In this document: in pieces, positions 29,401 to 42,800 of the stretch | Position numbering within the stretch: position 1 is the first letter of the stretch | Layout of the letters: every line of letters begins with the position of its first letter | From: Lenisia limosa | Taxonomy: Eukaryota; Protista; Breviatea | Direction of reading: 5' to 3' | Length of the DNA: 64,000 bases | Assembly (NCBI GenBank): GCA_001655205.1 | Contig: LPNZ01006811.1 | Location: forward strand, 1-64,000 | Made by a program: the position numbers and the translations under genes | Notes under the pieces: model-generated | Seen by the model: the letters and a program-made list of their open reading frames with translations, nothing else | What the model was told of the DNA's origin: nothing | The model's database searches: none

Positions 29401-29849
29401 AGCCAACATATTTTGGGCGGTTCTTGGCCGCTGAGGGTTGGGGACAACTTTCTCAGCAAGTTTGACGGTTCGTGAATCCCCCAATATCAGTTCTCAGCCT
29501 CATTAAACACCATTCTCTGAAGCAACGTCGTCTACATGTTTCGGTTTCAACATTTCCAACCTCCTGCACCCAAGTGCCTTTTGGCCCTCTAGGTTTTTGG
29601 CTTCATCTTACATTTCTCACCCCCCTCCCCCAGAACATGGTGGCATACCGACCGGTGTCGCAGCCGCAGAGCGTGTCCGTCAGTTTGCCAGCCCGAACTG
29701 CTGTTCCCAACCCCGTGCCGACCCAGCGCCCGGTTTCCACACCCATGACAAGTACCGCGGCTCCTTCCCACTTGTCCACACCAGCAAAATCCCTTGTCTC
29801 TCAAACGACCACTGCCATTCCAACCATCTCGAATGTTCCCCCATCATAG
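23454..29849 (+). CDS. Large bromodomain-containing chromatin protein with charged coiled coil and Pro/Ser/Thr-rich termini
   Basis: Bromodomain [68 protein letters not shown] at about 25910-26250; E/K-rich helix at 24845-25084. Exon chain can be followed on both sides; there are N gaps. Confidence 0.8.
29054..29152. mobile_element. 99-bp hAT-like MITE inside an intron
   Basis: Perfect 17-bp TIR TAGGGCTTCACTTCGGT / ACCGAAGTGAAGCCCTA, extending imperfectly to about 29 bp. Flanks are GTTATCAC (29046-29053) and GTTGTCAC (29153-29160), a 7/8 match consistent with an 8-bp TSD. Confidence 0.8.
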
Positions 29850-29939
29850 TTTCTTTGTGTTATGCATGTACAAACGGTTACCTTAACTTAAAACTTCTTC
29901 TTCTTCTTCTTTTTCTTATCTGAATCCTTCTTTACACGC

Positions 29940-32101
29940 TTTCCTTGAGAGTAATCAAAAGTTCACATTTCATCAAAGAAACAAAACAAAGCAAAAGTAA
30001 AACACCCCACTCACCAGCACGAGGTTCAGCTTGAATATGGGCTAACTTCTCCTTTTTCTAAACAGTTATTAAGGAAGGATTCCTCCTATGTGCCCAACTC
30101 AAAGGCCCTCAAGCCCACCTTCTTGATGTTAATCGGCTTGGGCTTAGAGTCAGTACTTGACGACTGCAGGGTGAGAAAACTAAAAAGTGGCCTACTTTGA
30201 GTGAAGAAATCAGGTCTGAAGTTGTCTTCTCAGTGGCCACAACAGGGGCAGTGTAGGTCTTATGCTCGGGTGCTTCGTACCTCTTCTGCTTCTCCTTCTG
30301 CCTTTCTTTTGTGACTTCAGCTGAACGCTTGAGTTTCTCCTACAACAACATCAGCATAACAAATACATAAAGACCATTACAAGCCAAGGCAAACCGCCTT
30401 CTTCTCTTTGTCGATTTGATGTTTGGACATAAAGTACTCTCCACTCTCAAGTTGAAGATCAATCTTAGACGGAGTGGGGGCAGGAGGGAATATCTAAAGT
30501 GTCAAAGGGGCAAAACAGTCACAATAACNNNNNNNNNNNNNNNNNNNNNNNNNNNNNNNNNNNNNNNNNNNNNNNNNNNNNNNNNNNNNNNNNNNNNNNN
30601 NNNNNNNNNNNNNNNNNNNNNNNNNNNNNNNNNNNNNNNNNNNNNNNNNNNNNNNNNNNNNNNNNNNNNNNNNNNNNNNNNNNNNNNNNNNNNNCTTTTC
30701 TGAGCATCAAAATCTAAATTGTTAATCCATTAAACGGAGAAATATTCCTTTCATACTTTGATGTTGTAGATGGGATGCACGTTGTTCATGCACTCGATAA
30801 TCACTCGTCGTGCCTGAAAGTGTCAAAGCCACAACAAAAGAACCACTACGTTCAAACTTGTTGAATTTGATACTATTCCACAAACCTGCTTCAGTCCCTT
30901 GTGCTTCCCGATACATGTGACAGTATTGCCCTAAAGGGTAAACAGCATTGTCTAGACACATGCAGATAAAGAAACCGAAAAGGTACTCAAGGATTGCAGC
31001 TCGACATAACATTTTGTGACTGATAGCCCATGATTCTGTTCAGACATACCTGGATCATGATGTAGCACTCAGTCAACAGTTGAAGCGCCTAAACACGTCA
31101 AAATAACCCAAACCTATTCCATCCCCTGCGGTTCCACAACGTCACTAACCTTAAGGGTGGATCCTTCAGGGCCGAACAATCTCTGCCTTCTGTTCATGAA
31201 CTTCTGCTTGTTCCGAACCTTTACTGTCAATCTCTGGAGGGTACAAACAAAACAACCGCCCAGACCTCACCTGGTTTCCAATTTTAACGATGTCGACAGC
31301 AACACCTTCCTCCAACACCTTGTTGGCCTGCTGAATGGGCACCGACCGGGCAAGAACGTTGACGTAGTCACGTGCGCGCATGATGGCCCAGGGGTCCCAG
31401 GTCTTCTTTGTCGTCGACACCGTCATGGATTTCTCTTTCTNNNNNNNNNNNNNNNNNNNNNNNNNNNNNNNNNNNNNNNNNNNNNNNNNNNNNNNNNNNN
31501 NNNNNNNNNNNNNNNNNNNNNNNNNNNNNNNNNNNNNCAATCTATGGCTCTACTTGCTCATCTCGCTCATTTGCTGGTGTAAATGGATAATAAAAAACAA
31601 GGCAGAGAGAAAAGGTCCATATAAGAAGCTGTTCAACAAAAGATCCTTACCGTGTCCAGCTCAGCACTAATCTCAAGCTTGTTTCTCAGAGCCTTGGTGA
31701 TAGCACCCCATGACTGCACTGTTAGAATCTGTGCTTTGTCAAGACTCTACCCCNNNNNNNNNNNNNNNNNNNNNNNNNNNNNNNNNNNNNNNNNNNNNNN
31801 NNNNNNNNNNNNNNNNNNNNNNNNNNNNNNNNNNNNNAACACAATTGCAATAGTACGATTCAGAAAGATTGCATGGAGAAGGTGACAGCTTACTTTGAAC
31901 TCAGACTTTGCAAGGAGTTGGCCTTGCATGTCACCAGGACGGAACTCTTCCATGCTCCATTTGTCGATATCAGGGGTATCCCATGCTAAATTCGGTCAGG
32001 AGGCACCAGGAAGAGCCATAACTTTCATTCAACTCACGCTTTGGCTTCCTGTACTTGTTGTGCCCTGTCTGGGCCTGTTGGTCTGCTTCATTTTCACTCA
32101 T
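29940..32101 (-). CDS. KRR1: KRR1 small-subunit processome component
   Basis: SMTVSTTKKTWDPWAIMRARDYVNVLARSVPIQQA...DIVKIG, FVKRRQRLFGPEGSTLK, AIELLTECYIMIQ-GNTV, NVHPIYNIK. N gaps; 3' end approximate. Confidence 0.95.
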
Positions 32102-32386
32102 TTTAGCTGAATAAAAGGGAGAGAAATGGAGAGAAATGGAGAAAATGGAACAAAAGGACTCTTTCCGGCGGCGGAAATTCTGATTCAATACATCAAAAAA
32201 ATATCCAACCATTGATCCAACATTTGTCCACCTTGCACCTTGCACACCACCCCACTCACATCCGTTTTACTGCACACCTGTACACACTTTGAGGAGACAC
32301 ACCAACACACAAAACTACTCTATCTCAAAAAAACTTTGTTAATGTAACATATCATTTTTTTAAAAAAAAAACCTGTATTGCCTACA

Positions 32387-35300
32387 ATGTTAGCACTCTT
32401 GCTGCTGCTTAGTGCACTATTTTTGTTTGCCCATTCTTCAATTGGAAGGTAAGCTGTTATGGGGATTTAATGACTTTCACTGATGGTTGCCAGTTTGGTT
32501 ATCTGTTCAATGATTGCCAGCTAATCTCTCCAGTGTTAATCTAGAAGGACAAGTTCAATTCCAATTTTCAAAGCCAACAGAAGCGCATCATGCCACGCAA
32601 TATGGATGTGGGTGACAAGAGTGATAAACCCCCAACATCACCGAGCTTGGGAGAACATAAACATTTCACGTCAAGTCCCGAGCTGATGGGTGTAGTGTCC
32701 ATGTGCATGTTTGGCCCTGCCGTACCCGAGGGCCTCGAGTCGTCTGTCAGTAACCTGGTTAGGACGCACACTGGGTCCAGAGCCCTCATCAACGTCACGG
32801 TCGGTGGACCAGGTGGTTTAGTGATCAAGAAAACACGAAATGTGGATAGATACTCTCATATCTTTGATGTGTCAAAGAGAATCGTGTTGATCCTTTAGGG
32901 CACCTGTGCCGAAGGGTACGAGGCTAGCGTTGTAAGTGAGGTAATGACTTGTGATTTCACAACTGGATGGAGCCAAGAGGTTCTCTGTATCCCTGGTAGG
33001 TACTGCTTTTCGGTCGAACCCCACTAATGGCACTTCTTTTTTAACCGTTTTCAGTTCAATGCGAGTTTTCCTCATCGGCTGTCGAAACCCAGAACTGCAC
33101 TGACGGCGGTGGGTGCTCTTGTGTGGAACTAATATGTCTACACAGTAAAGGGTATTCCCACTCCTGTAAGGGAAGAAGGGAAATAGTTAATTTAATCATA
33201 GCACATATTGTACATAAGAGCTTACATGAATGCAATGCATACTCTTCACCGTTCTCATCCTCATATTTGTCACCAACAGCATTCTTTCATTTGATTTGAT
33301 TAAAAAAAGCTCTTTCTGACCTCCTAGCGATGTATGACTATTTGGCTGTTTGTGAATTCACATGTACAAGCGGCCCTGAAAAACATTATATGGTTTGTTG
33401 ATCTGAATTATTCAATGTCTTTGAGTCGGTTTTTTATAGCTAATAATTCCAGCAATGCGGAGCGGATAAGTTGTTTGAAGGGAGTTCTCCGTGTGGATGT
33501 GAGTTGTTGTAGTAGGGGATGGGGCTTCCATTTACACTAATTATTCAGATACTCTGCGTTCATGTGGAAATAATAATCAAAATGAGCTCGGAAAAGTTTG
33601 TTGGGGGGAAGTTTAAGCCAGCTAGATAATATCACCAAGTACACCGCACGGAATTGAAATAATTTCTAAGCAGGGTCTAACTCATCTTGACCAGATACGT
33701 ACAACATTTATCTCCAGTGACACGAAAGTTACAATTTTCACAAATCAGCCAAACAGCGTTGTTGCTGAATTCTACCCAAGCTTCTACACCGTGCAGCCTA
33801 GTGACGGGTTCGGTTCTGGAACCTTTAGTAATACTATTCCGCGCTTGTATAATTCCCAGTGCGTTGTCAACCAAGGTTCGTTCTAATCGTTTTGCCCCGT
33901 CAACAAAAAACAACTCAATACAATACGTATGATATCTCATGAACCAATGCAATGATGCTAACACCAACCGTGTGACCACACCGGTTATGCGTTTCGATGC
34001 CGTGTCACTTGGCAGAAGTGTCACCAAACTGGCGGGCGGAATGAACTATGTTCTGGCCCTTTTAGGTAGGTCGAATGTAAGGCGACGCGTGACATTACAG
34101 ACAATGGTGACGTGTACTCCTGGGGCCTAAATGCCCGTCTTCAATTGCTGCGTGGAGGAGCCTCAGCAACGCCCACTAAGGTCTGTTTCTGCTAGGTTTC
34201 GACGGAGTACGTCTTGTTTAGTGACACGTTCAGATTACCCTCCCTGCTGAGCGATTTGGCACTAATGTTGAAACATGCACACAAACCTCTGTCGTTTACT
34301 TAGGTTGCGGGGGCTCTATGATATGATATATACTCTACATATATATAGTATATGATATAGTATATAATTAGGTGTTTGACTGATATTAATGTTACAGCAT
34401 GAGCGACTCCTTTCTAATGTTAATTCAGATGATGGGACGTTCTATGGCGGGGGCTTCAATAACTATAACACTATTGGTACTACTACAACAATGTCAATGT
34501 CGGCTGCTGTTTTGGATACCTCAAGAGGTGCAGATGTAGGGAGGAGCCAACTGCTTTCTTACCTCACACTTTAGACAAGTGCTATTACAAGGCTCTATCC
34601 TGGTACTCACATTGGCGCAGTTTTAACTGGTTTGCGGTAAACAGGAATGGGGGTAAGAATTTTGTGGTACTGCATATTTGATAGTCGCTTTGATATTTTT
34701 AGTATTCTGTTTTTTACAATATCATACAGTGACCGGGGTTTGACCGATTTTTTGGGAAATCATATTGCTAATCGGTCAAAACTTATCCCGGTCACAGTAC
34801 ATACTATATCATATGATATACAGGCACGCAGAAAGCTGTGTGCACAGTTGTAAGGCAGATGATTGGGTGAATTAGTATTATACAATTCTAATGTCTCTTT
34901 TAAGTGTGATGGCGTGGCCAGACACAACCTTTTTATTTCTCATTGCTATTATATATGATATGTAAATATATCGTATGATGATATAATATCATATTCATTT
35001 TATACATTTCACATTTTCCCAAATCTTGTTTTCATAATTTTTCTTTAGAAAATGGAGACTTCTATCATAGATCCACAGAATACCCAGCTAGTGGTTGTGC
35101 TTCTTCTTCAACAACATTGGTCAAAGTTTGTGATATAATTCACTCACAGCCTAGAGACTGTCTAATATTGAATCGTTCCATTGTTCATACTATACTCACT
35201 GTGCTTTCATTACCAGTAGGAAGGAGGCCACTACTGTGTAATGAATTATGTATAAAATTTTAGCCGCTGGGGAAGTTTTAATGTGTTCCGCCGTGGGCAG

Positions 35301-35665
35301 CTTAATTCCCGGTCACCCTACTGCGTCAAGTTCTCCAGTGGGTCTTTGTACTGGTTTTTATGTTAATACATGGCTTCATTAATTGTTCGGAAGCTTTGAA
35401 TATGATTTCATAAGCGAGTATCCCGTCTTATTTGTAGATTAACACTTCAACGCTTGTCAATGCTGGTTGCGATCCTGGAAAGAAGGTCACAAGGCTTGGC
35501 GAGAACCACACCACTACCTACTTCTACGGAGGTAGGTGTTCGGTGTTGCAGCAGGTTCACCTGGCTCCGTTTGCAGGAGCTCTGGAAACACTGGCGAGGT
35601 GGGAGGGTATGATCGATATGCCACGAGATATTGCAAATATGACACATGCCTATGTCTAGGTGGCT
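32387..35665 (+). CDS. Probable secreted protein with RCC1/BLIP-II-like repeats and a Cys-rich N-terminal part; could be two genes
   Basis: Signal-like MLALLLLLSALFLFAHSSIG; RCC1-type repeats DTLRSCGNNNQNELG, KLAGGMNYVLALL-DNGDVYSWGLNARLQL and DDGTFYGGGFNNYNTIG. The link between the N-terminal part and the repeats is inferred. Confidence 0.5.
34727..34797. mobile_element. 71-bp Tc1/mariner-like miniature inverted-repeat element inside an intron
   Basis: TA-CAGTGACCGGG...CCCGGTCACAG-TA: outer 11 bp with one mismatch, plus an inner perfect 11-bp arm TTTGACCGATT/AATCGGTCAAA. TA on both sides. Confidence 0.6.
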
Positions 35666-35769
35666 CAGTCCTTTTTTTTTTTATTTTGGAAAATAATAAT
35701 AATTAAATGAGCCTTCAGGATAATTCCGCAGAGTAGTTTTTCATATAAAACAGACCTGACATGGAAGTT

Positions 35770-36800
35770 CTAAAAATGGGTGACAATTGCCTGGAATGTG
35801 GCCAACGGAGGCCCAAAAACGTCTAAAATTGGAACAATCTCGGAAGTCGGAAAATGTGCATTTTCCTAAGCTGTTTCATACGAAAAATTACCCCGAAGGG
35901 TCACTTTCATTGCAGGTGAAACTTGTTATGGAGACCCCATCAAAAATTGAGTTTGTTGCGGGTACTGGAGACGGTGTCGCTGTACTCACTTCGTAACTTA
36001 ATATTTATGCTCTATTGCTTATTATTCATCTTTATTGATATTATTTGAGAGGAGTGTAACACTAAAGAAAAGGAAAAAGTGGGAAACCAAACTTTACTCC
36101 TATTCTCATAAACAGCCCCCCCCCCTCAGATGAAACTTTTCAAGCCGAATCATAACCATTACCTTCATCCACACGATGGAAACTAAACCTTCATTGAGTT
36201 ATAATCTAAAAAGTAAGGGCATTCAACCTCTTGGCCAAACCTATATTTTGAATTGCTCTGCTGGAAAGCTGAAACACCGAATTTCTGTTCTTGGAAGCGT
36301 GTAGCCTTTACCTCCTGGACATGAATACGATATTTAAGCCCCACCTTTTCCTTTTCGCCTAAATGGGCAGTCTGGGAAGGAATGAACTTGCTCATGGGTG
36401 GCACAAAGGAGGAGGGCTTCAGGATGGATGACTGCATTGGGGGTGTGGTTTGCACGCTGATGGGGGAATTAATGGTGAAGCGGTTAGGAATGGCTCGTGG
36501 GGATTTAGTGACGCTTAAAGCAGGTTGGTAAAACATATTTTCACCTCGGAGTTTTGATCAATGCACTTAACATAGGCGAATGTAAGAACTCTTGTTACTA
36601 GTTCTTTTACGTCTTTTCTCTAGCACACTCGTAACTTACTTTTAACTGCATCAACGAAATCTCTGGATGTATGGTTTTAAGTTTTTATCACCACCGTTGG
36701 TGAGGTCAAATTGCTGCTGAGTCACAGGTTATGTTTATATTGGGCGCATTTAAAGACGTTCTCAAGCTAAAATTTAAATATATATAAAAAAAAAGGTTGT
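35770..36800 (-). CDS. Hypothetical small multi-exon protein, Pro/Ser/Thr-rich
   Basis: Open exon 36183-36536 (YQPALSVTKSPRAIP...) with flanking GT-AG exons. Boundaries uncertain. Confidence 0.35.
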
Positions 36801-36899
36801 TTACAATAGAGAGAGATCACAATCTTTTGCTCTAATCTTCCTTTTACGTCTTCTTGGTTTCTGAATTTGTATTTAGACAAGTTGTGGACTGATTTATGG

Positions 36900-39800
36900 C
36901 GATTTTGATGAATTTATTTTGAAAATTAAAATAAACAGACTGACTGGGAATCCGAGCCGAAAATCTGGTTTATCAACCTGCTTTAAAAAGTATGTAAGAG
37001 AGAATCGATATATCATATTATTTCTATAATATAAGTCATTTTTGGGACCAGATAAACCAGTACCCACGTTTGGAAGAGGGACAGTTCGAGAGGATGGCAT
37101 GGCTGAAGGACTTTGGACCACTCCGGTGAGGCTGCAAAAGTTCTCAACCTAACTTGTAATCCTGAAAACAACTTTCAACACTGCCTCATCCCTTCGAACC
37201 TGCAGAAGAACACGAAGGCCTTCCTCGCTCGAGACGTAGCGACACAGATGCGGCACGGGTCTCTGAGGAAGGACGATGGTCGAGACTGGGGGCTGTTATC
37301 GGATTGAAGCCAGATATAAAGCATACTGTGGATGTTGCCGTGCTAAAGAGAACCACGTCGGCTTGTGAGCCTTGGTACTCATCCACAGTGAACGTTTCAA
37401 TATCAATCCGACGGGTCTGATGGGTGAGGAAAGAGAAGTGCCAACCTTGAGAGCCGCTTTGATCTCAGACTTTTGCCTTTTGTACGGAGTGATAGCTACA
37501 ATCTGGAGCAATTATCAAATATACTCCATCCATTGCTTCATACCCTGTGAAACCTGTCAAAAGAAGCCTACACTGAGATCCTTGTTTTTGCTCTGGAGAG
37601 TCTGAGCCACCTGTGCTAGAGAAGCAGCCTCAACTGAGTTTGACTCTGTCATTCCTGTGGGTGTGGTGAGTCACGTGAGTTTCATCACGGAGGTCCAGTT
37701 TCACAGATTTTGACAAATATGATATAGATTCAAATTCAAATGTAGGGAAATTGGCTAACCCGTGTGTCTCCTACCTTCGGTCTGCACATTCACAACACTG
37801 GCTCTGGCGGTCAGAGGGAGAGGAGTGGAAAATGACGCAACCCCTGGCAGGTCCTTGAGAACTGGCGTGTATCTAGGAATGTGTTATAAAGGTCCTTGAG
37901 AACTGGCGTGTATCTAGGAATGTGTTATAAAAAAACTGCGAACAAATAGTATCACAGAAAGAAACCAACCTCCATCGGTACATATCTGCAATATCTCCGT
38001 GAGCTCTTCCCTGGTAATCCAAGGTGATCAGCTTTGCTCCAGCACTAATCAGTCGGGTGAACAGTGACTGATTATAGCCACCTGTATTCCTGAGGGGGTG
38101 AGATGCTAGGTCCCCAACAGGATAAACCAAAAGACAAGACAAACCTTATGATTGGGTCCTTTACGAGAGGACTCAGCTGTAAGGGGTCGCCAATAAACAA
38201 ATACCTATATGATAATGAGGAGAGAGATAAACCCCATACCTTGACGATTTGAGAATGAAGAGGGGAAGTACTTCTGTTTCGAGAACCTTTGCTGCCTCCT
38301 CCACAACCACTAAATTGTCACAATATGCTCAGTTACAGATACCACAGCATATTCACAGTGACCACTCACCAATGTCAATACCAACCTTCTTGAGGGTGTG
38401 GAGCCGCAATGCTGCCCCGTTGATAGTAGCGGCAATCACTAACAGCGTAAACTGATATTTAAACAAACCTTTGCTGTGTTTCATGCGGGCTATTTCTTGG
38501 TCTGACGATGGCATGAGGAAGAAGGTGACAAGGTACATACTACATGGTGAGATACATAGTTTGCTCAAGAGAAATAAAAAACAGTAGCTCCCACAGTCTC
38601 ATAAATTTCTTATCCACCGTTTTGATCGAATCTGGTGTCATGCTAAATCGTTTAAGAGAAAAAAGGAAATCAGTGTGACTGGGGCAATGCATCTCGCAAA
38701 CTGTTTGCTGTTGATTTCTAAAATATTTTCATTAGCCACAGCATTCCACTCCGAGCCGCCTGAGTTGGGTGAAAGAGGAAAAAGGAAGCAGTTGATTAAA
38801 GAAAATAGTATGGAATAATACTATTATAGGTATTAAAACACACAACTGACCGTTTCGCGCAGCGCGTGCAATGAGGGCCCATCTTCTTTCAATGAACATC
38901 TTGATCTGACCACTTGCCTTGGACAACCCCTTCAAAAACACGTCATTGGAATGCTTATTCACTTCGTATGCAGGAAGCCTGAAGTAGATTACAAGAGCAT
39001 AATAAAACCCTCCAAACATTGAGATGATTTTCGCGAATCTTCCGAAGTGGTTAGCTATGAGGTCGGAATGAAGAGAACCGTACTCATTTCGATCGCGTTC
39101 AAGCCGACCCCTGTTGGTGAGTCGCTCTGACTCTGGACTGGCTGCAGAGGTGATGGGACAATCAATGAAAACGGCATGTTCCGTTGAACCCACCCTGACG
39201 CCCAACACGCAGCACCTCAATGTTCAATGCAGAGAGTCGACTCACCAGCTGGTCCAACGCCTGGTTGCGGTCAGATGGGAAGGGCAGTACTAGAGACACA
39301 TACCTGATTGGAATGGGCAGTCACGAGCATTTTCTGGTTCTTCTGAAGGCAAAAAGACGCGTACAGCACTCGCATGGCTTGAACAGCAACATCCGTCTTA
39401 CCTACGGGATTAGATAGCAGGGTGAGGAAATAATGTAGTTGTTCCTCATATAGTATACATATGATTGAATTACCACGTATCTTCTATTTGGTATTCCTAG
39501 TATTGTCATTTGCCGTACCAACCAGTGCCCGGAGGTCCCATGACGGCAGTAAGTCGGCTGCAGAGGCTCGCGGAAATTACGTCCTTGATTGTGAAAAGAT
39601 TGGTTGAATCCTCACCTTCTGAGCATCGTACAGTTCAATGCCTGGAGCCTAAAGTGTGAGTGGGTAGAACCACGCGATATTCCTTAAAGATTTTGCAAAC
39701 TTTGTCGGGCGAGAAGAAAATCGGAGTGAGATTGCAGTTAGGTATGGTAAGAGTGGCTCTTTTTTGGAAATCTCCTCCGAATGACAATGTCGATTGTGGT

Positions 39801-42800
39801 ACTTGATTGGTGAGGCTCAAAACATATCATCATTGACCCAAATGATGCAAGATATGTATGACCATAGGCCAACAGATATCGGTAAATCTTCTGATGAGAT
39901 CAGTGATGTGAGGAAAAAGTCCGCACAAATCAAGGGTTGGGAGGTCTTTGGATGGCAATGTTGTCTACACGGCGTAAGGACTACGATGAGTGGTAGTAAG
40001 TCAGAAAACTCCCGAAGACATACCTGTATTTCTCTAACTTTCTCTGGAGTGACAGAAGCCAAAAGCACCGGTTCGATTGGTCCTAAATCGCACTGACTAT
40101 CCGCCTGGAGAGTCAAACAGTGGGAGCAGTTAACCTACCAATGAGGCCACCGCTCGAGTGGTGTGTAGATAAGAGGATGATGTGGGTGGTGGGACAAAGA
40201 GACAGTTGAATGAGGGTGACGAAGGGATGAGGGAGGCCTGCATAGCAAGACGAAGAGTTGTTTGACCTGATAAATAAGAATTGTTTGAGGTTGTACTGAA
40301 TACGCTTTTGACTCATGCAGATTTGTACTCACCATCTTTGTACAAAGGAGTCCTGTGGAGGGAGGCGCCTCTGAAGGTTTGAACCTGAAAAGCAGAAGTA
40401 AGGATTGAGAAATGAGAGAAAACCATAAACAAGAGCGTACCTTATTGTTGTCCAGTTCGACGAGGAAGACAATTGCTCCATGGTGGACCTAATCACAATT
40501 AGACTTTGACACGGAGTTGTAGGTAAAAGATGAGATGAATTGACACTAATTTTGCATTTCTCATTTCTTTTTTTATAGTTCTTGTAATACTATACAGTAT
40601 CAGATATATTCAAAAAATATATCATATGATATATGAAACACAGCCTTTCATACTCCATTGACTCCGAACTGCACTAAAGCTGAACACTCTCGGTACTCTT
40701 CAAGCTGATGTTGAGTCAGATTGAAATGAGAAAAGAAGTAATGTGGAGCCATTCACATAACATTCAAGCAATTACTAGTCCCAAATGCACAAGAATGCAA
40801 CAGCAAAAACTCACATCAAAAATGACCTTCTTTTCAGAGGCGGCAAATGACACTAAAGGGTACAGAGATCCGTTGTCAGGCTGGTGAACTGGCTTGACTA
40901 AAGGGTGTAGTTGGTAAGGGTAGGTAATTAAAAAGTACTTACGGGTGCTTTTGGTCACAGCTGGGCTGAGACTTTCGAGTAAGTCAGAAACACTCAGGGA
41001 TTCTTTGTCATTTGATTGGGCTACAATGTTAGCGATAGTGAATCGATAGTCATCAGCTCTATTCGAACTGTGATGAACCATCTACTCACAAACCAACCAA
41101 ATTGTGTTGTCGATGAACAATACTCTGACGCGAGACTATCAAAGGCTTCCCACAATGATGATGCAAGACATGCCTGACAGTGGTCAATTACATGAATTGA
41201 CTCACTCTAAAGAGACAACAGTTGCGCAGGGCCAGATCGAGCCTCGAAAGATAGGTTACTGATAGTCTTGGCAAATAAGCGCCGCCGTGACAAACGGAGA
41301 GAAGAAGACTTTCTACTATATGAGACTGCAATATTGGGAACACATTGCTCTTGAGCCTCACCATCTGGAAAAGGTGTTGATAATCCTGAAGACTCTCTCA
41401 CAACTTGGCTAAACCTGAAAATGAAATTTTAAGCTCAACTGACCAACCATTCTATTTCTTCTTTTGAGACATACGAGCCAACCGATAATGCTGAAGGCAA
41501 ACGGAGGAAACCAACCTAGGAAGTGACCCTTTCACACAACAGTATGATACAATAAATAATAACATTCCAAACCGTGTTAATTGCCAGGTGGCCAGCTGCT
41601 GTTCTCAGCCATTTTTGGGCGATGGTGGGGAGACGAATAGAATACTCCAAGACCGCCGTGCACAGTGGGGCAAGGGTGAAACTACTGAATTAATGCATTC
41701 ACGACAAGGAAACAAACCCTTCTGATTGTCCATAGAACACAATGAGCCACGAAATGAGTTGTGGCGACGATGTCTGCGATCACATGCGATAAGAAAAGTA
41801 TAAATGGATGGAGCACATGCATAATTGATAAACAATATCAACAATACCAAAACACTATTCTCCCAATCGCTACCATCTAACCAGCTGATTTACCCACCTG
41901 TGATGTTATGCTCAGGAATAGCTTCATGATTGAGATGAGAGTGATAGCATTGAAAGGGCTGGAGACTGGCATTTTCTGTTGATGTTAGTTATCACTGACA
42001 TAGACTACCGCAATACTGAGTGCTTTTACAAGGAGTTGTTCAATCGAGCTTGGACATTTTTGGTGCTTGTATGTTTTCTAAATGATGATACTGGCAATGG
42101 GAACAAAATGACAACCAGGTCATAAACATGCTTACTAGGACCCTTCTGCAGTGGTCAAATTGGTAGAGCAATTCGGCTAAGTGCGAGCTTTTGAATACGT
42201 CGGACATTTCTAAAACAGTCAAGAATATGGAATTAGGCCAAATCCAGCAAAAAGGCCTACCCTTAGCCTTGGAGTCCACCACGAAAGGCCGCATGAGAAC
42301 TTCACCAGTGCAACCTCGAAGAAAGCCTACCGCTTTTGGGCTGACCCAGTTAGAGGCAGTAAATACATCCCAATAAAGGCTGTTCTCAAATATGTATTAT
42401 GTTGTGAATTCCAACTTGATGACAAGGCATGAAAGAAACTCGGAAGCAATTCTGCAGTCTGACGTTGTCAAGCCTCGGCTGAGAGAGTCAGCAACATGGC
42501 GATACATACACATGCACGCAATGTGTCATCATTTTTCCTAACTATTCCCCAAAAGACAGAAAAATACACAACAAACAAAGCCAATGCACCATGCAACAGC
42601 TGAAAGGTGATCCACAAGCGCCTGTCCAAACGACACTGACGAGCCGGAGGGGAACCTGACGTCATCAATATATTTTTTAGGATAACCAACTTAATCTCTT
42701 TTTGAAGCAATTCATCCATTTCAGCATTTTCATATTGATATGTTGTTGATTTCAACTAAAGAGTCATTTAATACAGATCGCGAAGAAGGCTTACCCTCTG

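Noticed and set aside
37849-37930. CRISPR-like repeat
   Set aside because: Two adjacent copies with no spacer, inside a eukaryotic gene, and no cas genes.
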